Source of the DNA: Azospirillum fermentarium
GTDB taxonomy: Bacteria; Pseudomonadota; Alphaproteobacteria; Azospirillales; Azospirillaceae
Direction of reading: 5' to 3'
Assembly (NCBI RefSeq): GCF_025961205.1
Contig: NZ_JAOQNH010000002.1
Span: 1,024,208-1,048,207 of the forward strand
Length of the DNA stretch: 24,000 nucleotides
In this document: positions 1 through 9,572 of the stretch, one piece after another
Layout: every line of letters starts with the position of its first letter
Numbering within the stretch: the stretch's first letter is position 1
The notes under the pieces: model-generated
What the model saw: the letters and a program-made list of their open reading frames with translations, nothing else
What the model was told of the DNA's origin: nothing
Databases searched by the model: none
Position numbers and translations under genes: made by a program

Positions 1-992
1 TGGGGGGCAAGGGGGCGGGGCTGCGCGACGCCCTGGCGGTGGTGGCGGCGGTGGCGCGGGGGGAACCGTCCACCGCCCTGGTGCTGACGCTGCAATACAT
101 CATCCATCACCAGATGTGGCGCGGCACCCGCTGGCCGGCGGACCTGCGGGACCGCATCGGCCGCACCGCCGTCACCGACGGGGCGGTCATCAACGCCCTG
201 CGGGTGGAACCGGAATTGGGCACCCCCTTGCGCGGCGGGCTGCCGGCGACGGTGGCGCGCAAGGTGGCGGGCGGCTGGCGGATTTCCGGCACCAAGCTCT
301 ATTCCACCGGCGTGCCGGTGCTGGCATGGCTGTCGGTGTGGGCGCGCTCGGACGAGGATGAGCCGCGGGTCGGCGCCTGGATCGTGCCCGCCGGCACCGA
401 CGGGGTGGAGATCCGTCCGGTGTGGAACCACATCGGCATGCGCGCCAGCGGCAGCCACGAGGTGGTGTTCCACGACGTCTTCATCACCGACGATCTGGTG
501 GGCGACATTCGCCCGCCCGCGCAGTGGGCGGCCCCCGACGCTGTGGGCAGTGCGTGGACCGCCGCCTTGTTCAGCGCCGTCTATGATTCCGTCGCCCAGG
601 CGGCGCGGGATTGGCTGTTGGGCTTCCTGCGCACCCGCACGCCGACCACCCTGGGCGGGGCGGCGCTGTCCACGGTGCCGCGGCTCCAGGAAGCGGTGGG
701 CGGGATCGAGGCGCTGTTGCAGACCAACCGCGTGCTGCTGCGGTCACTGGCGGCGTCGGTGGATGCGGGCACCCCGCCGCCGCCCCACGAAAGCCTGCTG
801 GTGAAATACACGGTGACCAACAACGCCATCGCCGCGGTGGCGAAGGCGGTGGAGATCACCGGCAACCCCGGCCTGACCCGTGACAACCCGCTGGAGCGGC
901 ATTACCGCGACGTCCTGTGCGCCCGCGTCCACGCCCCCCAGAACGACATGATCCTGACCGCCGCCGGCCGGGCGGCGCTGGCGGGGCCGTAA
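1..992 (+). CDS. Acyl-CoA dehydrogenase-fold flavoprotein, C-terminal part (5' end outside the window); possibly an SfnB/DszC-type sulfur-acquisition oxidoreductase
   Basis: ORF 39..992 begins at a GTG, and the same frame stays open back to nt 3, so the gene is truncated by the window edge. The translation has the ACAD middle beta-domain and C-terminal helical-domain character (…GMRASGSHEVVFHDVFI…, …ITGNPGLTRDNPLERHYRDVLCARVHAPQNDMIL…). The SfnB/DszC subtype is suggested only by the sulfonate context. Confidence 0.7.
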   Translation, partial: GGKGAGLRDALAVVAAVARGEPSTALVLTLQYIIHHQMWRGTRWPADLRDRIGRTAVTDGAVINALRVEPELGTPLRGGLPATVARKVAGGWRISGTKLYSTGVPVLAWLSVWARSDEDEPRVGAWIVPAGTDGVEIRPVWNHIGMRASGSHEVVFHDVFITDDLVGDIRPPAQWAAPDAVGSAWTAALFSAVYDSVAQAARDWLLGFLRTRTPTTLGGAALSTVPRLQEAVGGIEALLQTNRVLLRSLAASVDAGTPPPPHESLLVKYTVTNNAIAAVAKAVEITGNPGLTRDNPLERHYRDVLCARVHAPQNDMILTAAGRAALAGP

Positions 993-1015
993 CGGCCCCG
1001 CCAGCCGGCGGCGGG

Positions 1016-2320
1016 TCACACCCAGTGCGCCCGCACAGCCTTCAGGATGTTGCGGACCTTGGGAAGGGCGATGGAGAAATTGGACCGGTACCACCCGCCG
1101 CCGAAGTGAAGGGCGAGCACCTGATCCTCGTTTTCGTTGAGCGGCACGACGCACGATCCCGAGTTTCCGCCAAGCGTGCTCGAATCATGGGAAACCACCC
1201 AGTTCCCCTTATCGTCGATGTTGCTGCCGGGAAGGCTGACGATCTGCCCCGGCGACAGGCGTTTCACCCCGAACTTCCCGTTGAAGTAGCGGAGAAGATC
1301 CATGTTCTTTTTGTCGGCCTCCGCGTCCGTCGGCTGGATCACCGTCCGCCCCGGATACCCGACGACGAAAAGATCCTTGCCCTCCACCAACAGGCTTTCC
1401 TGAGACGACAGGCTGAGGGCGGGGGGCAGGGAGCGCCCGTCGGCATTGGTGGTTTCGACCTCGAAGATGGCCATGTCCATATTGGACAGGTTCATGCTCT
1501 GCTTGTATCGGGCGATCTTGATGCGGTCGGGGATCGTCGTGTCCATCAATTCCGGCACGGCCAGGGGGCCGATGAAAAAGGGCTCCTTGACCCGGAATTG
1601 CAGCCGGCCCTGCATCCCATCCCCTTCCTTGAAGTCGATGGAAACACCGGGCTTGACCGCCCACGCCCGATTTCTGCGGAAACCGCTTTCCCCATGGCGC
1701 ACGATGGCATCGTGGGTCGCCTTTTCCGCCAGGAATACGGCGACATGGACATTGGTCATAATCAGGCCGGGGGCGATCACGTACCCGGTTCCCACCTGCT
1801 GGCCATTGAGATTGATCCGCCCCACCGAACCGATGGTTCTCTTGATCTGCCCCATGTTTCTTTCCAGCGTGTCGCGCCACCGGATGGCCTGGGGATCGTC
1901 CAGCAGAATCCCGCCGTTCCTCACCAGCAGCGCGGGGCGGTCGAAGCTGCTGATGATCGCTTCCAGATTGCCCGCGTCCTCATCGTCGGGAACGGCGTCC
2001 GGATCCGAGCGCTCCAGAAGGGCAACCGACTTCTCAAGCCGCCCGATCAGCGCCGACTGCTCATCGTCGGTCAACGCCTCCTCACCGTCCTCCTTGGCGA
2101 TGGTCTGGGCGAATTTCAGGACACTGGCCACATGATCCAACAGGCCGTTGACCGTTCCCCCGAAAACATCAACCGAGGATTTGAGAGCGGGGCTGATGGA
2201 TTCCGTCTGGAACGCCACGCCGTAATCACCGATCCCCAGAACCTCCCGATACTCACCGACTTTGCGGGGGACAAATTCGAGATCATCGAGAACATTATCA
2301 TGTACGATATCGCCATTCAT
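1016..2320 (-). CDS. Cytoplasmic trypsin-like (S1/Trypsin_2-type) serine peptidase with an uncharacterised ~190-aa N-terminal region
   Basis: His, Asp and Ser motifs occur in the canonical order: GTGYVIAPGLIMTNVHV, DMAIFEV, TLGGNSGSCVV. No signal peptide or lipobox is visible. I prefer the start at ATG 2320 because GGAGAA lies 8 nt upstream. ATG 2332 is an alternative. The ORF-track start at 2395 lies in AT-rich, non-coding-looking sequence. My hand count for 2101-2220 is 69/120 G+C, against 85/120 for 2701-2820 in the neighbouring gene. Confidence 0.8.
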   Translation of the reverse strand: MNGDIVHDNVLDDLEFVPRKVGEYREVLGIGDYGVAFQTESISPALKSSVDVFGGTVNGLLDHVASVLKFAQTIAKEDGEEALTDDEQSALIGRLEKSVALLERSDPDAVPDDEDAGNLEAIISSFDRPALLVRNGGILLDDPQAIRWRDTLERNMGQIKRTIGSVGRINLNGQQVGTGYVIAPGLIMTNVHVAVFLAEKATHDAIVRHGESGFRRNRAWAVKPGVSIDFKEGDGMQGRLQFRVKEPFFIGPLAVPELMDTTIPDRIKIARYKQSMNLSNMDMAIFEVETTNADGRSLPPALSLSSQESLLVEGKDLFVVGYPGRTVIQPTDAEADKKNMDLLRYFNGKFGVKRLSPGQIVSLPGSNIDDKGNWVVSHDSSTLGGNSGSCVVPLNENEDQVLALHFGGGWYRSNFSIALPKVRNILKAVRAHWV

Positions 2321-2366
2321 TTTCTTCTCCATAAAAGAATTTGTAAAATTACTCCAAGTCTTAAAA

Positions 2367-2415
2367 TTGATAATTATGCAACATCTCACGGTCAATGATT
2401 TTGCATTGACCGTGA
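2367..2415 (-). promoter_or_regulatory. Putative sigma-70 promoter of the protease gene, overlapped by a perfect 12-bp inverted repeat (operator-like)
   Basis: On the minus strand, TTGACC (2395-2390) is followed by 17 nt and then TATCAA (2372-2367), about 45 nt upstream of the ATG. The inverted repeat is tcacggtcaatg (2386-2397), a 6-nt spacer, then cattgaccgtga (2404-2415). The -35 hexamer lies inside one arm. No T-run follows the repeat on either strand, so it does not look like a terminator. Confidence 0.4.
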
Positions 2416-2526
2416 AATTTCGAGATTTTGATTTATTTGTTGTTTTGAATCAAGGCCATAATATTGTCGGAAAGATTTTCTGGTATACATTTGCATGCCA
2501 GAAAAGGCGGGAAACCCTTCATACTC

Positions 2527-3597
2527 TCAAGAACACAACACCCTGTCCACATCCACCCCCACCTCCCCCCCGATCCGGTGCAGCGCCTGCACGGTACCGG
2601 GGTCGAGCGCGATCCCCTGCGCGGCCACCTTTTCCCGGTGATGCCGTTCGGGCACACCGGGGATCAGCACGCCGGCGCTGCCGGGGGCGGCGGGGGTGCC
2701 GGTGACGTAATCCAGCACGGCGTCGGCCAGCCCCTGCCAACCATCCGCATCGGTGGCGGCGCGGGCGGGGTCGATGACGAAGGCCAGGGCGTTGTTGACC
2801 ACCCGCCCGGGGCGCAGATTTTCCGGGACTGCGGGCAGAGCGGCCCCCAGCGCGCCGGCCAGGATCTCGCAGGCCAGCGCCAGCCCGTATCCCTTGTACC
2901 CGCCGAACGGCAGGATGGCGCCGGTAGGGTCGCGGAACATGGTGCCGGGGTCGCGGGTGGGCTGGCCGTGCTCGTCGATCAGCAGCCCCTCGGCCACCGG
3001 CTCGCCACGGGCGGCGGCGACGCGGCATTTGTTGGCGGCGATGGCGCTGGTGGCGAAGTCCAGCAGAAAGGCGCCATGGCGCGGGGTGGCCGGCACCGCG
3101 ATGCAGATGGGGTTGGTCGCCAGCCGCGGGCGGGCACCGCCGTGAGGAGCGGCCAGCGGGCGGCTGACCACGTTGACGAAGAACACCCCCACCAGCCCGG
3201 CGGCGATGCACTGCTCCCCAAACGCCCCCACCCGCCCGATGTGGTGGGCGTTGCGCAGGGTGAGGATGCAGGCCCCGCCGGCCTGCGCGCGGGCGATGGC
3301 AAGCTCCGTCGCCTCCCGCCCGATCACCTGCCCATAGCCGACATCGCCGTCCACCACCAGAAACGGCGCTTCGTCGCGCAGGATGCGGGCGTGACGGTTG
3401 GGCTGGAGATGGCCCAGCTCCAGGCTTCTCATGTAAACGGGGATCTGGCACACGCCGTGGCTGGCGTGGCCGGTGGCGTCGGCGTCCACCAGATTGGCGG
3501 CGACGATGGCCGCCTCCTCCGGGGTGCTGCCGCTGCGCACGAGAATGGCGTCCACCAGCGCGGTCAGGCGTTGGGGATCGAAACGTCCGGGGAGCAT
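2527..3597 (-). CDS. Ldh_2-family (malate/L-lactate/sulfolactate dehydrogenase type 2) NAD(P)-dependent oxidoreductase
   Basis: The translation shows Ldh_2 hallmarks (…ATGHASHGV…, …NAHHIGRVGAFGE…, LATNPICIAVP, PFGGYKGYGLAL). I chose the start at ATG 3597 (MLPGRFDPQRL…), which has AAGGA about 8 nt upstream and lies 4 nt after the stop of the upstream gene. The ORF-track start at 3642 would overlap the HAD gene. Confidence 0.8.
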   Translation of the reverse strand: MLPGRFDPQRLTALVDAILVRSGSTPEEAAIVAANLVDADATGHASHGVCQIPVYMRSLELGHLQPNRHARILRDEAPFLVVDGDVGYGQVIGREATELAIARAQAGGACILTLRNAHHIGRVGAFGEQCIAAGLVGVFFVNVVSRPLAAPHGGARPRLATNPICIAVPATPRHGAFLLDFATSAIAANKCRVAAARGEPVAEGLLIDEHGQPTRDPGTMFRDPTGAILPFGGYKGYGLALACEILAGALGAALPAVPENLRPGRVVNNALAFVIDPARAATDADGWQGLADAVLDYVTGTPAAPGSAGVLIPGVPERHHREKVAAQGIALDPGTVQALHRIGGEVGVDVDRVLCS

Positions 3598-3601
3598 GGG
3601 A

Positions 3602-4395
3602 TTATCCTTTGGCCTGCAGGATCGCGTCGGCCACCTCGACAAAGCCGGCGCCGCCGGGGCCGCGGGTCACCCAGGTGGGTGGCACCGGCAGGTGGGGGAG
3701 GAAATCGACGACGGTGCTGACGCCGACGCTGTTGCCGAAGAAGGCGAACATGGGGGCGTCGTTGGTGGAATCGCCCACGTACAGAATCTCGTCCCCCCGC
3801 TCGTCGATGGGCAGGCCGTGGGCCTCGGCCATCACCCGCCGGGCCATGGTCAGCTTGTCGTAATCCCCGAACCAGCCCAGCACCCACAGGGAGTTCACGG
3901 TCACCCGCGCGCCGGCATCCCGGAACGCCGCCAGCAGCGCGTCGCGCACCCCCGCATCGGCGGGTGCGTCGTAGGCGAGGCTGGTCAGGCGGAACGGCTG
4001 GTCGGAGGCGACGCGGGCCACCGGCACCCGTTCGGCAATGGCGGCGGCCAGGGCGTCGAGCCGGGCCGCCACCGCCGCCCGCTCCGGGTCCGGGTGCCAG
4101 AAACGGCGGGTGACGGCGCCGCCGCCGGGGCTGTCGAAGTAAAACCCGCCGTTCTCGCCGATCACCCCGCCGATGGGCCACATGCGGGCCATCTGGTCGC
4201 ACCAGCCCGCCGGGGCGGCGGTGACCGGGATCACCGGCACCCCGCCGCGGCGCAGCCGTTCCAGGGCGGTGTATGTCTGCGCCGCCAGCGCACCATGGTG
4301 CGTCAGCGTGTCGTCCATGTCGGTCAGAACGAAGCGGACCCGCCGCAGCCGTTCCGCCGGCGCCCCGGACAGCGGGCGCATCCTCTCCCCCGCCA

Positions 4396-4396
<1 letters not shown>
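3602..4396 (-). CDS. HAD-superfamily phosphatase (HAD-IIB-like)
   Basis: Motif I is DxDxT (FVLTDMDDTLT) and motif IV is YVGDSTNDAPMF. The start, ATG 4396 or GTG 4399, overlaps the TGA stop of the upstream ThrC-like gene (GTGATG). Confidence 0.75.
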
Positions 4397-5637
<1,241 letters not shown>

Positions 5638-5659
5638 GATGGGTGATTCCTTGAAACTT

Positions 5660-5746
5660 TAGCGCACCATGATCCCGGTGCTATCGCACCATACCTCCGG
5701 TGCTATCGCACCATGCCCCAGGTGCTATCGCACCATGCCCCAGGTG
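5660..5746. repeat. Four tandem copies of a 22-bp unit (one 21-bp degenerate copy) duplicating the last 6 codons plus stop of the permease gene
   Basis: The units are 5660-5680 tagcgcaccatgatcccggtg, 5681-5702 ctatcgcaccatacctccggtg, 5703-5724 ctatcgcaccatgccccaggtg and 5725-5746 ctatcgcaccatgccccaggtg. The last two are identical. The unit at 5725-5746 is the real gene end (…TWGMVR*). Confidence 0.9.
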
Positions 5747-6639
5747 CGGACGGTGCGGGCTTCGATCCAGCGGAAGACGAGGTTCTCGACCACCAGACCG
5801 ATCAGGATGACGGTGACCAGACCGGCGAACACCTTGTCGATGTAAAGCTCGTTGCGGTTCTGGAAGATGAACCAGCCCAGGCCCCCCTTGCCCGACGACA
5901 CGCCGAACACCAGTTCCGCCGCGATCAGCGTGCGCCAGGCAAAGGCCCAGCCCACCTTCAGCCCGGTCAGGATGGCAGGGAACGCCGCCGGGATCAGGAT
6001 CGTCACCACATAGCGGATGCCGGTCAGGCCATAGTTGCGCCCGGCCATGCGCAGCGTCTCCGGCACGCCGGTAAAACCCGCGTGCGTGTTGAGCGCCAGC
6101 GGCCACAGCACCGCGTGCACCAGCACGAACATCAGGCTGACCGATCCCAGCCCGAACCACAGCATGGCGATGGGCAACAAAGCGATGGCCGGCAGCGGGT
6201 TGAACATGGACGTCAGGGTGGACAGCACGTCGTTGCCGATGCGGGTGGACACGGCGACGCTGGTCAGCACCACCGCCAGCACCACCGCCACCGCGTACCC
6301 CTTCACCAGCACGGCCAGCGACACCCAGGCCATGGACAACAGCCCGTCGTTCCACACCGCATCCCACAGGGCGGTGACGGTGGCGGAAAAGGTGGGGAAC
6401 ATCAGCGGGTTGTTCTGCACCACCGCCGCCCCCTGCCACGCGGCGGCGAACAGCACCAGCACCAGCAGACGGCGCAGGGCCGTGACGTTGCCCAGCCGCT
6501 CCCACAGGGACAAAGGCCGGGCGATGTCGCCGATGGGGCCGGTGGAGGTCACGGTGCGCTCGTATTCCGGGCGCCAGGGGGGAACCCGCCCGGCCCGGCG
6601 GGCGGGGGACGGGGTGCCGTCATGGGACATCGTGGTCAT
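5725..6639 (-). CDS. ABC transporter permease, NitT/TauT (taurine/sulfonate/nitrate) family, TauC-like
   Basis: The translation is a multi-span hydrophobic protein carrying the EAA-type loop region (…TLRMAGRNYGLTGIRYVVTILIPAAFP…). The start at ATG 6639 overlaps the stop of the ATPase gene (ATGA). The 474-aa ORF-track version is an out-of-context upstream extension. Confidence 0.85.
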   Translation of the reverse strand: MTTMSHDGTPSPARRAGRVPPWRPEYERTVTSTGPIGDIARPLSLWERLGNVTALRRLLVLVLFAAAWQGAAVVQNNPLMFPTFSATVTALWDAVWNDGLLSMAWVSLAVLVKGYAVAVVLAVVLTSVAVSTRIGNDVLSTLTSMFNPLPAIALLPIAMLWFGLGSVSLMFVLVHAVLWPLALNTHAGFTGVPETLRMAGRNYGLTGIRYVVTILIPAAFPAILTGLKVGWAFAWRTLIAAELVFGVSSGKGGLGWFIFQNRNELYIDKVFAGLVTVILIGLVVENLVFRWIEARTVRTWGMVR

Positions 6640-7469
6640 GGGCGGGGAGTCCCGGTGTCTTCCACGCTGTCGGCGAACAGCATGGTGTGGATGCGCTGGG
6701 CGGTATCCTGGAAACCGGGGCTGCCGACGGCGCCGTGGTCGTAGCCGCCGCAGTTGATTTCCGCCTTCACCTGCCCCGGATGGGGCGACAGCACCAGAAT
6801 GCGCGAGCCGACCACCATCGCCTCTTCGATGGAATGGGTGACGAACAGCATGGTGAAGCGCACGTCGTCCCACAGGGCCAGCAATTCCTCCTGCATCTTG
6901 CGGCGGGTCAGGGCGTCCAGCGCCGCGAACGGCTCGTCCATCAGCAGGATGTCCGGCTCCATCGCCATGGCGCGCGCGATGGCGACGCGCTGCTTCATGC
7001 CGCCCGACAGCATGTGCGGGTGGGCGTCGGCGAATTTGGACAGGTTGACCTTGGCGATGGCGGACAACGCCTTCTCCTCCGCCTCCCGCCGGGAGAGGTG
7101 CGCGGCGGTGAGCAGGGGGAACATCACGTTGTCCTTGACCGTCTTCCACGGCAGAAGCTGGTCGAATTCCTGAAACACCATCATCCGTTCCGGCCCCGGC
7201 CCGGCCACCGCGCGGCCGTTGAGGCGGATCGCCCCCTCCACCGGCTGGATGAAGCCGCCCACCGCCTTGAGCAGCGAGGACTTGCCGCAGCCGGACGGCC
7301 CGAGAAGCACGTAGCGTTCGCCCTGGAACACCTGAAAATCCACGCGGTAGGTGGCGGTCACCCGATGGCGGCGGGTCTCGTACTGCAGCGTCACCCCCGA
7401 CACGTCCAGCAACGGACGCTCGGACACGGTTTCCGTGTCGATGTTACCGGGCAGGCTGAGGGCGTTCAT
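6636..7469 (-). CDS. ABC transporter ATP-binding protein, NitT/TauT family, TauB-like
   Basis: Walker A is GPSGCGKSS, the ABC signature is LSGGMKQRVAIARA, and Walker B is ILLMDEPFAALD. The start lies 4 nt after the stop of the substrate-binding-protein gene. Confidence 0.9.
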   Translation of the reverse strand: MNALSLPGNIDTETVSERPLLDVSGVTLQYETRRHRVTATYRVDFQVFQGERYVLLGPSGCGKSSLLKAVGGFIQPVEGAIRLNGRAVAGPGPERMMVFQEFDQLLPWKTVKDNVMFPLLTAAHLSRREAEEKALSAIAKVNLSKFADAHPHMLSGGMKQRVAIARAMAMEPDILLMDEPFAALDALTRRKMQEELLALWDDVRFTMLFVTHSIEEAMVVGSRILVLSPHPGQVKAEINCGGYDHGAVGSPGFQDTAQRIHTMLFADSVEDTGTPRP

Positions 7470-7473
7470 GATC

Positions 7474-8490
7474 TCAGCTCCCGGTTTCGGTGTGGAGATC
7501 GGCGAAGAACAGATCCTTCCACGAGGCGGGCTTGGCCTTGATGGCGCCCACCTTGTGCATGAAATCGGCGTAGACCGCGATGCGGCTGGGGGCGGTGGTG
7601 AACTGAATGTCGGGGTCGTCGAGGATCTTCAGCAGGAACGCCTTGTCCAGGTCGCCCTTGTTCTGGGCCAGATAGATGTCGGCGGCGGCGGAATGGTCGG
7701 CGTTGATCAGCGCGTCCGCCTCCTTCAGCGCGTTCAGGAACGCGGCATAGGTCTTGGGGTTGCCGGTGCGGAACGCGTCCTTGGTCCAGATCAGGTTGAA
7801 GGTGTGCGGGCCGCCCAGCACGTCGTACGAGCTGAACACCTTGCGGATCTTAGGGTCCTGAAGCTGCTGGTACTGGAACGGCGGGCCGGAGATGTGGCCG
7901 GTGATCTCCGCCGCCCCCGACAAAAGCGCCGCCGTGGCGTCGGGGTGGGGCAGCGAGACGGTCAGCGTGTCGAGAGCGTCCGACTTTCCGTCACCGAATT
8001 CCTTTTCGGCGGCGATTTGCAGGGTGCGCGACTGGATCGACACCTTGACCGCCGGCACGGCGATCTTGTCCTTGGCGCTCAGATCCCTCAGCGTTTTGAC
8101 GCTGGGGTTGCTGGTGGTCAGGAACAGCGGCATGTTGTTCAGCGCCGCGATGGCCTTGACGTTGACGCTGCCGCGGGTGCGGTCCCAGATGGTCAGCAGC
8201 GGCCCTACCCCGCCGGACACCAGATCCACGCTGTCCGACAGCAGCGCGTCGTTCATCGCCGCCCCGCCCGACAGTTTCACCCAGTCCACCGCGATGTCCA
8301 CGCCCAGCGCCTTGCCGTGCTTTTCGATCAGCTGGTTCTGCCGCAGCACGTGCAGCGGCAGGTAACCCAGCCCGTATTGCTCGGCGATGCGGATCGTGCC
8401 CTCGGCCAGCACCGGGCCGGCCATGACGACGGCGGCCAGCCCCGCGAGCACGGCGGCAATCCGCCCCGGAAAACGCCGACGATGGCCCAT
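7474..8490 (-). CDS. Periplasmic substrate-binding protein, NMT1/TauA/SsuA-like, of the adjacent ABC importer
   Basis: A signal peptide is present (MGHRRRFPGRIAAVLAGLAAVVMAGPVLAEG), followed by the typical start of this family (TIRIAEQYGLGYLPLHV…). The start at ATG 8490 has GGGAGGG 6 nt upstream. Confidence 0.8.
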   Translation of the reverse strand: MGHRRRFPGRIAAVLAGLAAVVMAGPVLAEGTIRIAEQYGLGYLPLHVLRQNQLIEKHGKALGVDIAVDWVKLSGGAAMNDALLSDSVDLVSGGVGPLLTIWDRTRGSVNVKAIAALNNMPLFLTTSNPSVKTLRDLSAKDKIAVPAVKVSIQSRTLQIAAEKEFGDGKSDALDTLTVSLPHPDATAALLSGAAEITGHISGPPFQYQQLQDPKIRKVFSSYDVLGGPHTFNLIWTKDAFRTGNPKTYAAFLNALKEADALINADHSAAADIYLAQNKGDLDKAFLLKILDDPDIQFTTAPSRIAVYADFMHKVGAIKAKPASWKDLFFADLHTETGS

Positions 8491-8675
8491 GGATGCCCTC
8501 CCGTATTCGCATATATCTAGTATGAAAAAGGAGAACACAAACGGACGGTTTCCGTCAATGTGGAATTGTTGTGGTTATAACGAATTTAAAATGTCAAACA
8601 TGCCGGGAAACCCGGCCATTCCCCATTTCCCAGGCGGGGATAGGGAAAATTAGCCGGATAGGGTCGGTTTTTTCC
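8491..8675 (-). promoter_or_regulatory. AT-rich intergenic region upstream of the TauABC-like cluster; probable promoter/operator region, elements unresolved
   Basis: This 185-nt gap is visibly AT-rich relative to its flanks. It contains a small palindrome, gacggtttccgtc (8544-8556). A perfect minus-strand TTGACA (8597-8592) has no convincing -10 partner. I found no -24/-12 (GG-N10-GC) match here. Confidence 0.3.
8602..8616 (-). terminator. Weak candidate terminator hairpin downstream of ssuB
   Basis: The sequence gccggg-aaa-cccggc forms a 6-bp GC stem. It lies 60 nt after the ssuB stop and is followed on the minus strand by atgtttgacatttta, which is only moderately T-rich. Confidence 0.3.
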
Positions 8676-9539
8676 TCAAATCCCGCTGCCGTCCAATTCG
8701 TGATCCTTGAACAGGCGGTTGAGGATCAGCCCCTCCAGCTCGGCGAAGGCGGCGGAGCCGCGGACCCGCGGGCGGTCCAGGGTAACGGGCAGGTCCAGCG
8801 CGATGGTGCCGTCCTCGATCAGCAGGATGCGGTCGGCCAGCGCCACCGCCTCGCTGACGTCGTGGGTGACCATGACGGCGGTGAAGCCCTGGTTCAGCCA
8901 CACCCGTTCGATCAGATGCTGCATGGAAATACGGGTCAGCGCGTCCAGCGCCCCCAGCGGCTCGTCCAGGATCAGCACCCGCGGGCGGCTGACCAGGGCC
9001 CGGGCCAGCGCCACACGCTGGCGCTGGCCGCCCGACAGCACCGACGGCCAGTCGCGCTCGCGGCCCGACAACCCCACCTCCTGCAAGGCGCGTTCGGCGG
9101 CGGCGCGGCGGTTGCCGGGGCGGCCCGACAGCCCCACCGCCACATTGTCCACCACCCGGCGCCAGGGCAGCAGGCGCGCCTCCTGAAACATGGTGCGGGC
9201 CAGGGGGTTCAGGCCGTCCAGCCGGTCGTCGCCGAACCAGATCTCGCCGCCGTCGGGTTTCTCCAGCCCGGCCAGCAGGCGCATCAGCGTGCTCTTGCCG
9301 CAGCCGGACCGGCCGATGACCGCGATGAACTCGCCGGGCTCGATCTTCAGCCCGACGCCGTTCAGCACCCGCTTGCCGCCGTAGCTCTTGCCCAGGTTCC
9401 ACAGCGACACCGGTACCCCGGCTTCGCCGGTGGATACATGATCGTCGGCGGGCAGTTCGAAGGCGTCGGCGGTCACGTCGGGGATCAGCGGGGCGGCGGC
9501 CATGGGGTTGAGGGAAGCCGCCAGCAGGGACATCAGCAT
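8676..9539 (-). CDS. ssuB: Aliphatic sulfonate ABC transporter ATP-binding protein
   Basis: Walker A is [10 protein letters not shown], the signature is [15 protein letters not shown], and Walker B is [12 protein letters not shown]. The gene is the last in an A-D-C-B arrangement. I prefer the start at ATG 9539, with GGAGA 8 nt upstream. GTG 9545 is an alternative. Confidence 0.85.
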   Translation of the reverse strand: MLMSLLAASLNPMAAAPLIPDVTADAFELPADDHVSTGEAGVPVSLWNLGKSYGGKRVLNGVGLKIEPGEFIAVIGRSGCGKSTLMRLLAGLEKPDGGEIWFGDDRLDGLNPLARTMFQEARLLPWRRVVDNVAVGLSGRPGNRRAAAERALQEVGLSGRERDWPSVLSGGQRQRVALARALVSRPRVLILDEPLGALDALTRISMQHLIERVWLNQGFTAVMVTHDVSEAVALADRILLIEDGTIALDLPVTLDRPRVRGSAAFAELEGLILNRLFKDHELDGSGI

Positions 9540-9572
9540 CGGCACAGTCTCCGGTCTTCGAAAAGGATAAGC

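Noticed and set aside
39-41. GTG at 39 as the true start of the first gene.
   Set aside because: The frame remains open to nt 3, and 317 aa would lack the N-terminal domain of an ACAD-fold protein. The gene is truncated by the window edge.
993-1015. A bidirectional terminator between the convergent ACAD-like and protease genes.
   Set aside because: Only a 5-bp stem (ccgcc/ggcgg) can be drawn, and there is no T-run on either strand.
917-2398. A 493-aa plus-strand ORF opposite the protease gene.
   Set aside because: It has no recognisable motifs and overlaps the end of the ACAD-like gene. The minus-strand frame carries an ordered His/Asp/Ser triad.
5660-5746. Mini-ORFs (Met-Val-Arg-stop) present in each 22-bp repeat unit, and the possibility that the array is CRISPR-like.
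   Set aside because: The ATG in each unit is simply a copy of the penultimate Met codon of the permease, and the purine tract lies too close to it (2-3 nt) to act as a ribosome-binding site. The units are contiguous with no spacers, so the array is not CRISPR-like.
6640-7149. An upstream extension of the permease ORF (the 474-aa version).
   Set aside because: It overlaps the ATPase gene in another frame. The hydrophobic permease sequence begins after ATG 6639, which forms an ATGA junction with the ATPase stop.
8491-8675. A sigma-54 promoter upstream of the TauABC-like cluster, analogous to the one at ssuA.
   Set aside because: I scanned the minus strand for GG-N10-GC with TGGCA-like context. 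The only TGGC-containing stretch (TGGCCGGGTTTCCCGGCA) has the wrong spacing. There is no support for a sigma-54 promoter here.
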